Assembly (NCBI GenBank): GCA_005772895.1
Contig: SXIH01000040.1
Location: forward strand, 477-64,476
Length of the DNA stretch: 64,000 bases
Reading direction: 5' to 3'
Origin: Bacteroidota bacterium
Lineage (GTDB): Bacteria; Bacteroidota; Bacteroidia; 2-12-FULL-35-15
Positions 9,295 through 18,279 of the stretch are shown here, one piece after another (the stretch's first letter is position 1; every line of letters starts with the position of its first letter). The notes under the pieces were generated by a model. The model searched no databases and had not been told where the DNA came from. It saw nothing but the letters and a program-made list of their open reading frames with translations. Position numbers and translations under genes: made by a program.

Positions 9295-9858
9295 TTGAGC
9301 GAAGGCGACTATGATTTAATTAATTCCTGCCTGAAAGGGAACAGGAATTCTTATAATCTGCTATATGAAAAATATGCGGGAAGGATGTTTAATGTATGTA
9401 TGCGATATGCTAATAGCCGTGAAGAGGCCGAGGATTTGCTTCAGGAGAGTTTCATAACTTCCTTTTCAAAACTCAACCAGTTTCAGATGCTTGGATCCTT
9501 TGAAGGATGGCTCAGACGCATTACAATAAACACGTGCCTACTGTCATATAGAGATAAATATAATTCGCTTTCTGTGCACATCGATGACGAATACTTTTCT
9601 GAAACAATTGCCGAAGAAATAAATGTATTACATCAAATGGAAGCTGCCGATCTTATTAAATTAATACAAAAATTACCTTCCGGCTGTAAGGCTGTTTTGA
9701 ACGCATACGCAATAGATGGTTGCTCGCATAAAGAAATTTCTGAGATGCTGGGCATCTCAATCGGCACATCAAAATCACAGCTTTTTGATGCAAGAAAAAT
9801 GCTGCGAAAGATGTTAAATACAGATACTATTACTAAAAAGGCTTATAATGAAAAATGA
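9295..9858 (+). CDS. ECF sigma-70 factor
   Basis: TTG start. EAEDLLQESF, GSFEGWLRRI, SHKEISEMLGISIGTSKSQL. Confidence 0.93.
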   Translation: MSEGDYDLINSCLKGNRNSYNLLYEKYAGRMFNVCMRYANSREEAEDLLQESFITSFSKLNQFQMLGSFEGWLRRITINTCLLSYRDKYNSLSVHIDDEYFSETIAEEINVLHQMEAADLIKLIQKLPSGCKAVLNAYAIDGCSHKEISEMLGISIGTSKSQLFDARKMLRKMLNTDTITKKAYNEK

Positions 9859-11413
9859 ACTCAACGATAAAGATTTTGATGATGCTTTAAGGGCAAAGTC
9901 TTCTGAGTATCATCCTACTCCTTCAGCCGATGTTTGGGAGAAAATTGACTATGCCATTGCTAATCTTGAAGAAAAAAAATCACGCAGAAAGTTGTTTTAT
10001 TTCAGATGGATTACAGCTGCTTTGGTCATTATTTCATCGTCACTAGCTATTTTTATTTTTACTGGTAAAAACAAAAGCAAAATTTCCGAAATAAATAAAT
10101 CGGCTTCCAATGTCCAGGTTTCGGAAAACGATAAAATAGAACAGAGCAACCATTTAAATCAAAACACAAACGATCAAAAATTTGATGACAATTCTGCTCC
10201 CAATAGCAAAGAAAAAATAGATTCAACCACGCTAAATGAAATCAATTACTCAAATAATTTAATCACAAATCAAGTTTTTTCAGGAAAAGTTAGTGTAAAC
10301 AATAACACAATTGTAAATAACAAGAACTTGATTAGCTCTAATAAATCAAATCTAAATCATGATACGATTTTAAAAGAAAATAAAGGAAATTACTCTTTCA
10401 AAAACAACAATGTAAATTCGTTCTCGAATAAGACCAATGTTGACTCCACTATAAAAATCAATAACAACAATTTGATATCACAAAAAATGATTAATAAATC
10501 ATTGCTTAATAAGGATTCAATAGCATTGAATCAAAAAAATCTTGTAAAACATGATACTACTACAGCTACGATTGATAGCGTAGCGAAGCTATCAACCATT
10601 ACAATGATTAAAAAAGACACGGCAATAAATGAAACTCCATTATCCAAAACAGAAATGGATTCCATTCTTAAAACAAAACAAAGTAAATGGTCTTTCGGAA
10701 TTTCCGTCTTGCCAATGTTAACATCAATTCGGGTATCGAATGGCCAAAATCAACCTCCCTCAAATAGTTCATTTCAACCTACAAAAGAATTTAATCAGCC
10801 CTTTGGAATTGTAGCGGGCATTAATGGTCTTTATGATTTAAATACAAAACTCAGCATTTACGGTGCTATCAATTATTATGAACGTTTTGTGCATTCCGAA
10901 TTTTCTAATTGCTATGTGAAAAATTCACCGGCACCTTATCAATCATTTTCCACTGGGGGTGGTTCAACCCGTATAAGTAAAACTGATTTTCAACCATTCT
11001 TTGATTTAAACCCTGGTGCAGACAGTATTAAAATGAACGTTGACATTAAAAATCAATACTACTTTTTGAATATTCCAATTTCACTTCAATATCAAGTAAT
11101 AAGCAAAAAAGTGCAGCTCTCTTTTATGCTAGGTGCAAATGCAAATTATTTTTTCGTACGCAAAACATCAGCACACGTTACTGATTTATCTTCGGGCGAG
11201 TCAAAAATATTATACCCACAAAATCAAATCGCTTACGAAAAACTTCATTTTGGTTTGCAGGGAGGAATGGAAATAGGGTATGGCTTTAAAAAATCTACTT
11301 TCTATTTTTCACCAACTTACATGTATTCGATTACCCCGTTTGTTAAGGGTAATTCAGGCTCTATTTACCCTAAAGGTTATGGCCTTGGTATAGGCTTTAG
11401 GTATCACCTTTAG
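9848..11413 (+). CDS. Putative anti-sigma factor with TM helix, Asn-rich linker and C-terminal outer-membrane beta-barrel
   Basis: Overlaps the ECF stop. N-terminal DFDDALRAK..PTPSADVWEKI, one TM, low-complexity N/K/S linker, alternating beta strands ending GIGFRYHL. Confidence 0.7.
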   Translation: MKNELNDKDFDDALRAKSSEYHPTPSADVWEKIDYAIANLEEKKSRRKLFYFRWITAALVIISSSLAIFIFTGKNKSKISEINKSASNVQVSENDKIEQSNHLNQNTNDQKFDDNSAPNSKEKIDSTTLNEINYSNNLITNQVFSGKVSVNNNTIVNNKNLISSNKSNLNHDTILKENKGNYSFKNNNVNSFSNKTNVDSTIKINNNNLISQKMINKSLLNKDSIALNQKNLVKHDTTTATIDSVAKLSTITMIKKDTAINETPLSKTEMDSILKTKQSKWSFGISVLPMLTSIRVSNGQNQPPSNSSFQPTKEFNQPFGIVAGINGLYDLNTKLSIYGAINYYERFVHSEFSNCYVKNSPAPYQSFSTGGGSTRISKTDFQPFFDLNPGADSIKMNVDIKNQYYFLNIPISLQYQVISKKVQLSFMLGANANYFFVRKTSAHVTDLSSGESKILYPQNQIAYEKLHFGLQGGMEIGYGFKKSTFYFSPTYMYSITPFVKGNSGSIYPKGYGLGIGFRYHL

Positions 11414-11505
11414 CGCTATTATTATTCTTTCTAATAAGTTAGCCCCTACCTCCGTGGAAGTTCTTTTCCATATTTTTCCAACCGTGAAAAATATTTTCCA
11501 AACAC

Positions 11506-11546
11506 CCCAACCTGCTTAAGTCAAATTGTATCTTATTAAATAGAGA
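11506..11546 (+). promoter_or_regulatory. Putative ECF promoter driving the T9SS cargo cluster
   Basis: CCCAACCT-N12-TTGTATCTT...TAGAGA, matching 9243-9284. Confidence 0.6.
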
Positions 11547-11567
11547 CAATCTTAAAAATCAGAAATC

Positions 11568-12887
11568 ATGAAAAAATTAGTATCATTATTAGCCATTTGC
11601 ACCGTATTAAATTCTAATGCACAAACTCCTTTTATGGGAGTGCCTGGCATTTTTGTGTTAGGATCGGTGGATGTTCCAATGTCAACTTCAGAATACACAA
11701 AATCATTTGTTACCGGAACAGCTGTTCGTACAAAATGGGAATCTATTGAACCATCACCGGGTGTCTATGATTGGTCATTTCTTGACAACGAAATTTCGAA
11801 TGCTGCATCGTATGGAAAAAAAATAAATATTTCCATTTTAGGAAAACCAAGTTGGCTTGTCGGTGAAGGCGTTACAATGTATGATTATATTGATCTAAAT
11901 CCTGCTCATACTACTTATTTAGATACATTGCAGGAAGCAATTACCTGGAGTAGTAGTTTCGTCAGTCAGCTAAAAAATCTGGTCACTCAGCTTTCGATAA
12001 AATATGCAAATGACACAAATGTTGTTTACGTTAATTGTATTTCCGGAATGATGAACAATAATCTTCCAACAAATGACATTGCTGGCAATCCATGGTACAC
12101 AACTTATTCATATGACCCTGATACGTTAATTGCAGCAATGGAAGACGTTATGGATCACTACATGAGTGTTTTTCCAAACACTCCACTTTGGAATTCGGTT
12201 GAAAATGTTTCTTTCGAAATGGCAGCTTCAGGAAACGCAAATAAATATGTCCCAGAGCAATATTCAAACTATGGTGTCGCAACATATCCGGATAGATTTG
12301 GTATTTGGCGCGAAGATTTAGCTGGATGCACAAATACTACAACCACAACTGGCCATTGGTCAATTGTTGTGTCAAATCCTTGTCGTATTGGTGCTCAAAT
12401 GCTTTGGAATGTTCAGGATGGTAGCGATGGAACGTTTCGTATGAATAATTGTGGTTTTACACCTAATACCAAAGATCATGTGTTAGACTCCGCTATGCAA
12501 ACAGGGATTTCAATTGGCATGAGATACTTTGAAATTTACAAAGCTGATATTGATGATGCAAGTCTTGCAACAATTCTTCAAAATGGTCATGATAGTTTGA
12601 TGAATATTGCTTCCGCTTGTATGCCTCTCGTTACTGGGGTTAGCAATGTTGAATCATCGGATATTTTTTCATTATATCCAAACCCAACAAGTGATGCGTT
12701 GAATATCGTGATTAGCGAAAGCAAAGGAACATATTTTCTTTATAACACCTTTGGCCAACTTATCTTAACAGGCAACCTTGCGCAGCCACAAATAACTCTT
12801 GATATATCAATGCTACATTCCGGAAACTATTTTCTGCAAATAATTACCGATAACAAAAGTGCATCAAAAATATTCACTAAGGAATAA
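11568..12887 (+). CDS. T9SS cargo, glycoside-hydrolase-like TIM barrel (GH42/beta-galactosidase-like N-terminus)
   Basis: Signal peptide, WESIEPSPGVYDWSFLD motif, C-terminal LYPNPT...GNYFLQI. Confidence 0.6.
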   Translation: MKKLVSLLAICTVLNSNAQTPFMGVPGIFVLGSVDVPMSTSEYTKSFVTGTAVRTKWESIEPSPGVYDWSFLDNEISNAASYGKKINISILGKPSWLVGEGVTMYDYIDLNPAHTTYLDTLQEAITWSSSFVSQLKNLVTQLSIKYANDTNVVYVNCISGMMNNNLPTNDIAGNPWYTTYSYDPDTLIAAMEDVMDHYMSVFPNTPLWNSVENVSFEMAASGNANKYVPEQYSNYGVATYPDRFGIWREDLAGCTNTTTTTGHWSIVVSNPCRIGAQMLWNVQDGSDGTFRMNNCGFTPNTKDHVLDSAMQTGISIGMRYFEIYKADIDDASLATILQNGHDSLMNIASACMPLVTGVSNVESSDIFSLYPNPTSDALNIVISESKGTYFLYNTFGQLILTGNLAQPQITLDISMLHSGNYFLQIITDNKSASKIFTKE

Positions 12888-12918
12888 TCCTGTTAATGAA
12901 AAAGCAAATTATCTAAGT

Positions 12919-13254
12919 ATGAAAAAATCTATTATGATTGTTGCAACTGCATTAATAATGGTTGCTTGTAACAAAGAGTCAGTTACTCCTTCAGGAGAGA
13001 TACAGTTTACAAAACTTTCGGCTGATAAGGTGATGATATCGTCATTGGAAACGAGCACTATTACAGCAAGTGTATCCAATGCCTGCTCTGAACTAACTTA
13101 CGAATGGAGCGCCTCTTCAGGCAGCATTAACGGAAGTAACGCTTCGGTGGTTTTTACTCCACCTGCAAATTCTGACAAGGTTACAGTAACCTGTACATTG
13201 AATCATCCCGGTAAGCAAACAGTAGCAAAATCTATTGAAATAGCGGTACAATAG
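12919..13254 (+). CDS. Lipoprotein with PKD/Ig-like fold
   Basis: Lipobox LIMVA-C from MKKSIM (start moved from 12859), LTYEWSASSGSI Ig/PKD pattern. Confidence 0.7.
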   Translation: MKKSIMIVATALIMVACNKESVTPSGEIQFTKLSADKVMISSLETSTITASVSNACSELTYEWSASSGSINGSNASVVFTPPANSDKVTVTCTLNHPGKQTVAKSIEIAVQ

Positions 13255-13294
13255 ATATTACAATAATAGAATAAAAAACATTCGCATCTTAAAA

Positions 13295-14293
13295 ATGATA
13301 AAAATGAAAACAATTACTTCTCTATTTTGTGCATTGGGTTTAATTATTGTAAGTGTTTCTGTTTCTGCTCAAACCCTACATCCGAGCCTCGGGCTAACTT
13401 CTGTTCCTTTGAGTTCAGACCCCATCTGTTCCTGGACAACATATCTCGATCCTGATGGTACGTATAATTCATCTGGACTACAGGCTGGTGATACAGCAAC
13501 CGACTATACATTATATGAACCAAATGGTACTCCACACAATTTATTTACGGATTTGCAAACCGGTAAACCGGTTTTATTAATTTCTGGAAGTTACACATGC
13601 CCTGTTTTCCGAGGCAAAGTTGCCACAATTAATAACCTTGTTGCTACTTATGGTACACAAGTAATTGTTTATGTTGTTTACCAAAATGAAGCTCATCCCT
13701 ATCCCGATGTAAGCCCTTACCATACTTTTAGCATGGGAGTTCCTAGTTATCCATATCCACAGCATCTTACGTATGGTGAACGCTTAAATGATATTTCTAT
13801 CATGCAGGCTGATATTAGTTCTACTGTAAATGCAACTATTTTAGTTGACGGGGCATGCAACGAATGGCAAGGGGTTTATGGTCCGGCTCCAAATAACTCA
13901 ACACTTATTTTGCCAAGCGGCATAGTTTATTCAAAACATGGTTGGTTCGACAAGGCTCCTGAATTTGATATAGAAACTGATATAAATAATGTGCTTTCTA
14001 CCTTAGGTATGGATATTTCTCAGTCATTTCCTTTGCAAGTATCGGTTTTCCCCAATCCTTCTTCAAGCGATAAAATTATATTTAGCTTGAAAGGTCAGGA
14101 AATATCAGGCAATCCTTCCGTATCAATTTTTAATACACAAGGCCAAATTATTTCTACTTCGACCAATTTGATTTTTGAAGAGAATGAGAACCAATTTATT
14201 TTCATCTCGCATGGTTTACCAAATGGCATGTATTATTATCATTTGACTTCTGACAATAGAAAAACTTCCGGTAAATTAATTATTAATAACTGA
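13295..14293 (+). CDS. Iodothyronine deiodinase-like thioredoxin-fold protein with T9SS CTD
   Basis: GKPVLLISGSYTCPVF and VVYQNEAHP match deiodinase RPLVLNFGSCT(U/C)P.F and IYIEEAH. C-terminal VFPNP...GMYYY. Confidence 0.75.
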   Translation: MIKMKTITSLFCALGLIIVSVSVSAQTLHPSLGLTSVPLSSDPICSWTTYLDPDGTYNSSGLQAGDTATDYTLYEPNGTPHNLFTDLQTGKPVLLISGSYTCPVFRGKVATINNLVATYGTQVIVYVVYQNEAHPYPDVSPYHTFSMGVPSYPYPQHLTYGERLNDISIMQADISSTVNATILVDGACNEWQGVYGPAPNNSTLILPSGIVYSKHGWFDKAPEFDIETDINNVLSTLGMDISQSFPLQVSVFPNPSSSDKIIFSLKGQEISGNPSVSIFNTQGQIISTSTNLIFEENENQFIFISHGLPNGMYYYHLTSDNRKTSGKLIINN

Positions 14294-14297
14294 TACA

Positions 14298-14972
14298 ATG
14301 AAATTTATTAAACGCACTTTGCTAACTGCCATTATTGCATTTTTTCCAATAGCAATATTTTCTCAGAATTTTGCATATACTTATGACGTTGATAGCATTG
14401 AATATGCGCAACCGGGAAATACTATAACGGTTCATGCCACAATCTCTAACCTAACGGCAAATGCACTTACACTGGATATCGTAAGAGCTGAAAACAATAT
14501 TCCTGCAGGGTGGGAAACTTCTATGTGCATTGATATATGTTTACCGCCAAATGCTAATAGTTCTGTTCTATATCTTCCCGCGTACGCCTCTCAGGCTTTT
14601 ACAATGTACTTTTTTACAGATTCAATTGCCTCAATTGGACAAACATTGATTGAAATTACCAATCAGGCTGACACTTCACAAATGCTTTCATTAAAATTTT
14701 ACGGTGAAACTTCTGCCACCGCTTCTATTTTTACCCTCAACTACCAAGATATTGATTGGAGTCTTTATCCAAATCCTGCTACCGATGTGGTTAATGTTCA
14801 ATTGAGCAATATCAATAAACCTTTTGTGTTGATGTTATATTCATCAACTGGAAAATTAATTTCTACAACAACAGAAAATAAAATTTCCATTCTTGATTTG
14901 CCTGATGGCATATATTATTTGATATTAAGATCTGAAAATGAAATTTCAAATAAAAAGGTTATAAAAAAATGA
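14298..14972 (+). CDS. T9SS cargo, small Ig-like domain
   Basis: Signal peptide, GWETSMCIDIC motif, LYPNPA...GIYYLIL CTD. Confidence 0.75.
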   Translation: MKFIKRTLLTAIIAFFPIAIFSQNFAYTYDVDSIEYAQPGNTITVHATISNLTANALTLDIVRAENNIPAGWETSMCIDICLPPNANSSVLYLPAYASQAFTMYFFTDSIASIGQTLIEITNQADTSQMLSLKFYGETSATASIFTLNYQDIDWSLYPNPATDVVNVQLSNINKPFVLMLYSSTGKLISTTTENKISILDLPDGIYYLILRSENEISNKKVIKK

Positions 14973-15574
14973 TTCAAATGTTGAAAGCAGCGTGTTTATT
15001 ATTAATAATGTGTTGTTTCATTAATGCCAACGCGCAAGAAGTAAAAATCTCAAAATATGATTTAATTCAAGCTGATAAGGATGTTTTATTGTTTTGGACA
15101 ATAGATAGCGGATCAACATGTAACGGAATGACCATTATGCGATCATTAGATGGCTTAGACTATAAGGAAATAGGATATATTGGTGGAGTGTGTGGAAATA
15201 GTAGTTCTCCTACGCCATATAATTTTACAGATGAAAATCCCTTATTGAATACTGTAAACTTTTACAAGCTGCGACTTGGCTATGGTCAGTTTACTGAGGT
15301 TAAATCAATCAAGGTGCAGTACATTGAATCTGGTAAACTTTTCGTTTATCCAAACCCCACTATTGACAATACTATTATTGAGTTTAGCAATGATAATAGT
15401 AGACGTTATTCTGTAATTATAACAAGCAGTTTTGGGAATGTTGTTTTTGTAAAAGATGAAATAACCGAAAGTCAAATTTTATTAAACACATTTGGTTGGA
15501 GCCCCGGAGCATATTACATTACTCTTTTTGATAACTCCGGAAGCATTTTAAAAGAAAAATTAATCATTAAATAA
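14969..15574 (+). CDS. T9SS cargo, small beta-sandwich protein
   Basis: Signal peptide, LFW...SGSTCNG...GVCG...FYKLRLG, VYPNP CTD. Paralogous to 25941-26543. Confidence 0.75.
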   Translation: MIQMLKAACLLLIMCCFINANAQEVKISKYDLIQADKDVLLFWTIDSGSTCNGMTIMRSLDGLDYKEIGYIGGVCGNSSSPTPYNFTDENPLLNTVNFYKLRLGYGQFTEVKSIKVQYIESGKLFVYPNPTIDNTIIEFSNDNSRRYSVIITSSFGNVVFVKDEITESQILLNTFGWSPGAYYITLFDNSGSILKEKLIIK

Positions 15575-15580
15575 AATCAA

Positions 15581-16699
15581 ATGAAAAAACGAACAAACTT
15601 AATCTATCTACTCTTGTTCTTATTAATAACTGTAAATGGGTTCTCACAATTGAGTGGTACGACACAACCAATTACATTTTTCGGACCTGTAACAAGTAAC
15701 AATGTCACCTTTACAATTTATCTCCCGCCAAATTATTCTACCAACACTTCAAAATATTATCCGGTAGTTTATCATTTACATGGCGTGAATGGTGCACATG
15801 ATGGCCCTCAGATTAATGATGTGCCTTTGGCATTTGAAACAGCCGCCACAGCCGGGTTATGGGACGAGGCAATAATTGTTTTTCCTGATGGTTATGCCAA
15901 TAGTATGTGGGCAGATAGTTATGATATGAACAAACCTGCCGAGACAAATATCATTCAAGAAATTATTCCTTACGTTGATGCTAACTACAGAACCATTCCT
16001 GACGCGCAACATCGTTTCATGGAAGGATTTTCAATGGGCGGTTTCGGAGCTTTAAAATTTTACACAAAATACCCGAGTTTGTTCTGTAAAGTTGTAAGTT
16101 ATGACGGGGCAATTCATACTTGGTCAACATTAACAGCTGCGCATCCCGATATTACTTTAGAAATATTCAATAACGATTCAACGCTATTCAATACACAAGC
16201 ATCACCTTGGACATTTTTGGTACTTAATCAAGCTTCATTTCAATCTGATACTGTAATTAATCTTAATGTAGGTGTTCTGACAACATATAATGGTTCAATG
16301 AGTAGTTATTTGAACGGACTAAGCATTCCACATGGATATGTTTTAACCGGGTGCCCGCATAATGTGAGTTGCCTTACACTTGCAGAAGGAAATAACACTG
16401 CGTTATTTTTTTCAGAATGTATCAACAATTCCACCACTTCTATTTCTGAAATTGAAAACGATGACCAATCTTTTACCATTTTTCCAAATCCTGCAAATTC
16501 TTTCGTTACGGTTCATCTAAATAACGGCACCAACAACGCTAAATTGAATATTTACAATTCATTTGGACAAAATATTTACAGCACAAATGTAGTGGAGGAT
16601 GAAAGCATAGATATTTCAAACATCCCTGCTGGCGTTTATTATATAAGATTGAATAATTCTGAAAAAATAGAAACAAAAAGACTAATTCTTAACCGATAA
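15581..16699 (+). CDS. Putative esterase (alpha/beta hydrolase) with T9SS CTD
   Basis: IYLPPNY...YPVVYHLHG, GFSMGG nucleophile motif, IFPNPA CTD. Confidence 0.85.
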   Translation: MKKRTNLIYLLLFLLITVNGFSQLSGTTQPITFFGPVTSNNVTFTIYLPPNYSTNTSKYYPVVYHLHGVNGAHDGPQINDVPLAFETAATAGLWDEAIIVFPDGYANSMWADSYDMNKPAETNIIQEIIPYVDANYRTIPDAQHRFMEGFSMGGFGALKFYTKYPSLFCKVVSYDGAIHTWSTLTAAHPDITLEIFNNDSTLFNTQASPWTFLVLNQASFQSDTVINLNVGVLTTYNGSMSSYLNGLSIPHGYVLTGCPHNVSCLTLAEGNNTALFFSECINNSTTSISEIENDDQSFTIFPNPANSFVTVHLNNGTNNAKLNIYNSFGQNIYSTNVVEDESIDISNIPAGVYYIRLNNSEKIETKRLILNR

Positions 16700-16702
16700 A
16701 AA

Positions 16703-16915
16703 ATGAAAAAGAGTATTCTTACTATATTTACAATTGTTACTTCGATAACAATTTTCGCACAATCTCCTTTTATTTGCACTCTTGGTATTTTCGTTCAGAA
16801 ATCAAACACAAAAAGTATTCGTATGGATGTATCATCATACGTAAGTGGAATTTATTTAGTCCGAATAGAATCTCCAGGCAATATATATTATAGTAAAATA
16901 ATCATTTCTGAATAA
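16703..16915 (+). pseudogene. Internally deleted T9SS cargo remnant (signal peptide fused to the last half of a CTD)
   Basis: 70 aa: MKKSIL signal, AQSPFICTLGIFV resembling AQTPFMGVPGIFV of 11568, then DVSSYVSGIYLVRI...KIII with no YPNP. Confidence 0.5.
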
Positions 16916-16939
16916 TTAAAAAACATAGCTCAATTTGTA

Positions 16940-16975
16940 AATGCCTGACATTAACATGTCGGGCATTAATTTTTC
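16940..16975 (+). terminator. Intrinsic terminator after the T9SS cluster
   Basis: AATGCCTGACAT-TAAC-ATGTCGGGCATT followed by a T-rich tail. Confidence 0.7.
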
Positions 16976-17023
16976 TTAAGTTCCGATTAATAAAATCAAT
17001 AAAAAGCTTTCGCTAATCTATTT

Positions 17024-17872
17024 GTGAATGACCGCTGTAAAACTCTTCTATTTGAACTTGAAGAGCAACTTAAATTTATTTCTCTTGAAACCGATAACCC
17101 GATAGCTTCTGCCGAGATTTCGATTCAGGTATCTCAAAAAATACTCGGCAACTTAAAAGCGTTTATAGTAAAATATAAATTCAGAAGTACATCCGAGGAA
17201 ATAAAATTTTTCAAAGAACACAAGCCTGCATTTCACAGCAAACTTATTTATCATTTACTGGTTTACTATATAGAAACCAAGCGACCAAGCGGTGGGCAAA
17301 AGGTCATTAAAAAGTATCTTCAAAATGAATTGGACAAACTAAAAAGATATTTCGATTCCAATTTAGAATTCTACACATACTACCGCACTGGCAGTAATTA
17401 TCTTGACCACAAATATTTTGTCCGCGATAAGTATGATCCTCGATTATCACCTGAACCTTTCTTCTTTGACAATGATCCGAAATTTTGCACAAGTCATGAT
17501 TATCGGGTTTCAATGATTCTGGCAAATGATTTATTGCAGGTGTATTTAGAAAATGAGTTATCAGAACTTGAAATGAAAGAACCTAAAAAAGCAGAAGTCA
17601 ATCAGAAGTCGGAAGTAACCTGGACAGGGCCCAAAGCCGCGCTAATTGAGCTTTTATATTCCTTGCATTCAGAACCGGTTATCAATTACGGCAAAGCCGA
17701 ATTACAACACATTGCTTCAACCTTAGAAAAAGCGTTTAACATTGATTTAGGGCAATATCACCGCACTTTTCTGGAATTAAGAATGCGCAAGAGTGCTCGT
17801 ACTAAATTTCTCGATAGCTTGCGCGAATCTTTAAAACAACGCATGGATAGTGCGGATGAAGATTTGAAATAG
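17024..17872 (+). CDS. rteC: RteC-domain regulator
   Basis: EEIKFFKEHKP, FYTYYRTG..YLD.KYFVR, WTG.K.ALIELLYSL, F.ELRMRK..RTKFLD.L, characteristic of Bacteroidota CTn RteC. Confidence 0.85.
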   Translation: MNDRCKTLLFELEEQLKFISLETDNPIASAEISIQVSQKILGNLKAFIVKYKFRSTSEEIKFFKEHKPAFHSKLIYHLLVYYIETKRPSGGQKVIKKYLQNELDKLKRYFDSNLEFYTYYRTGSNYLDHKYFVRDKYDPRLSPEPFFFDNDPKFCTSHDYRVSMILANDLLQVYLENELSELEMKEPKKAEVNQKSEVTWTGPKAALIELLYSLHSEPVINYGKAELQHIASTLEKAFNIDLGQYHRTFLELRMRKSARTKFLDSLRESLKQRMDSADEDLK

Positions 17873-17979
17873 CTGTCTTTATTGGTAAATGACCAAAAAT
17901 CTATCCGAACTTCTGATTACCTTCTGAAAGAAAGTAAATCAAACAATACATTTTTGTTGCCATAACAAATTAAAAAAAT

Positions 17980-18279
17980 ATGGCAGTAGAACTTATCACA
18001 AAAGATGACCTCAATTCATTCAAAATAGAGGTACTAAACGAAATCCGTCAAATCCTTAAACCAAAGGGCGGTGCACTATCACAAAAAGAATGGCTTAAAT
18101 CCTATGAAGTTCGTAAGCTTTTAGGAATCTCTCCCGGCAAACTTCAAAACATGCGTGTCAACGGCACCATTGCCTTCACGCAAATTGGTGGCTTGATGTT
18201 TTACAAATACGATGATATAGTAAAACTTATGGAAGACCATAAAACCAAGCATCCATTAATCGCCCGAAATGGAAAATGA
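17980..18279 (+). CDS. Helix-turn-helix (MerR/HTH_17) excisionase-like protein
   Basis: ELITKDDL..FK...WLKSYEVRKLLGIS.G.LQ.MR.NG.I.FTQIGG. Confidence 0.88.
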   Translation: MAVELITKDDLNSFKIEVLNEIRQILKPKGGALSQKEWLKSYEVRKLLGISPGKLQNMRVNGTIAFTQIGGLMFYKYDDIVKLMEDHKTKHPLIARNGK

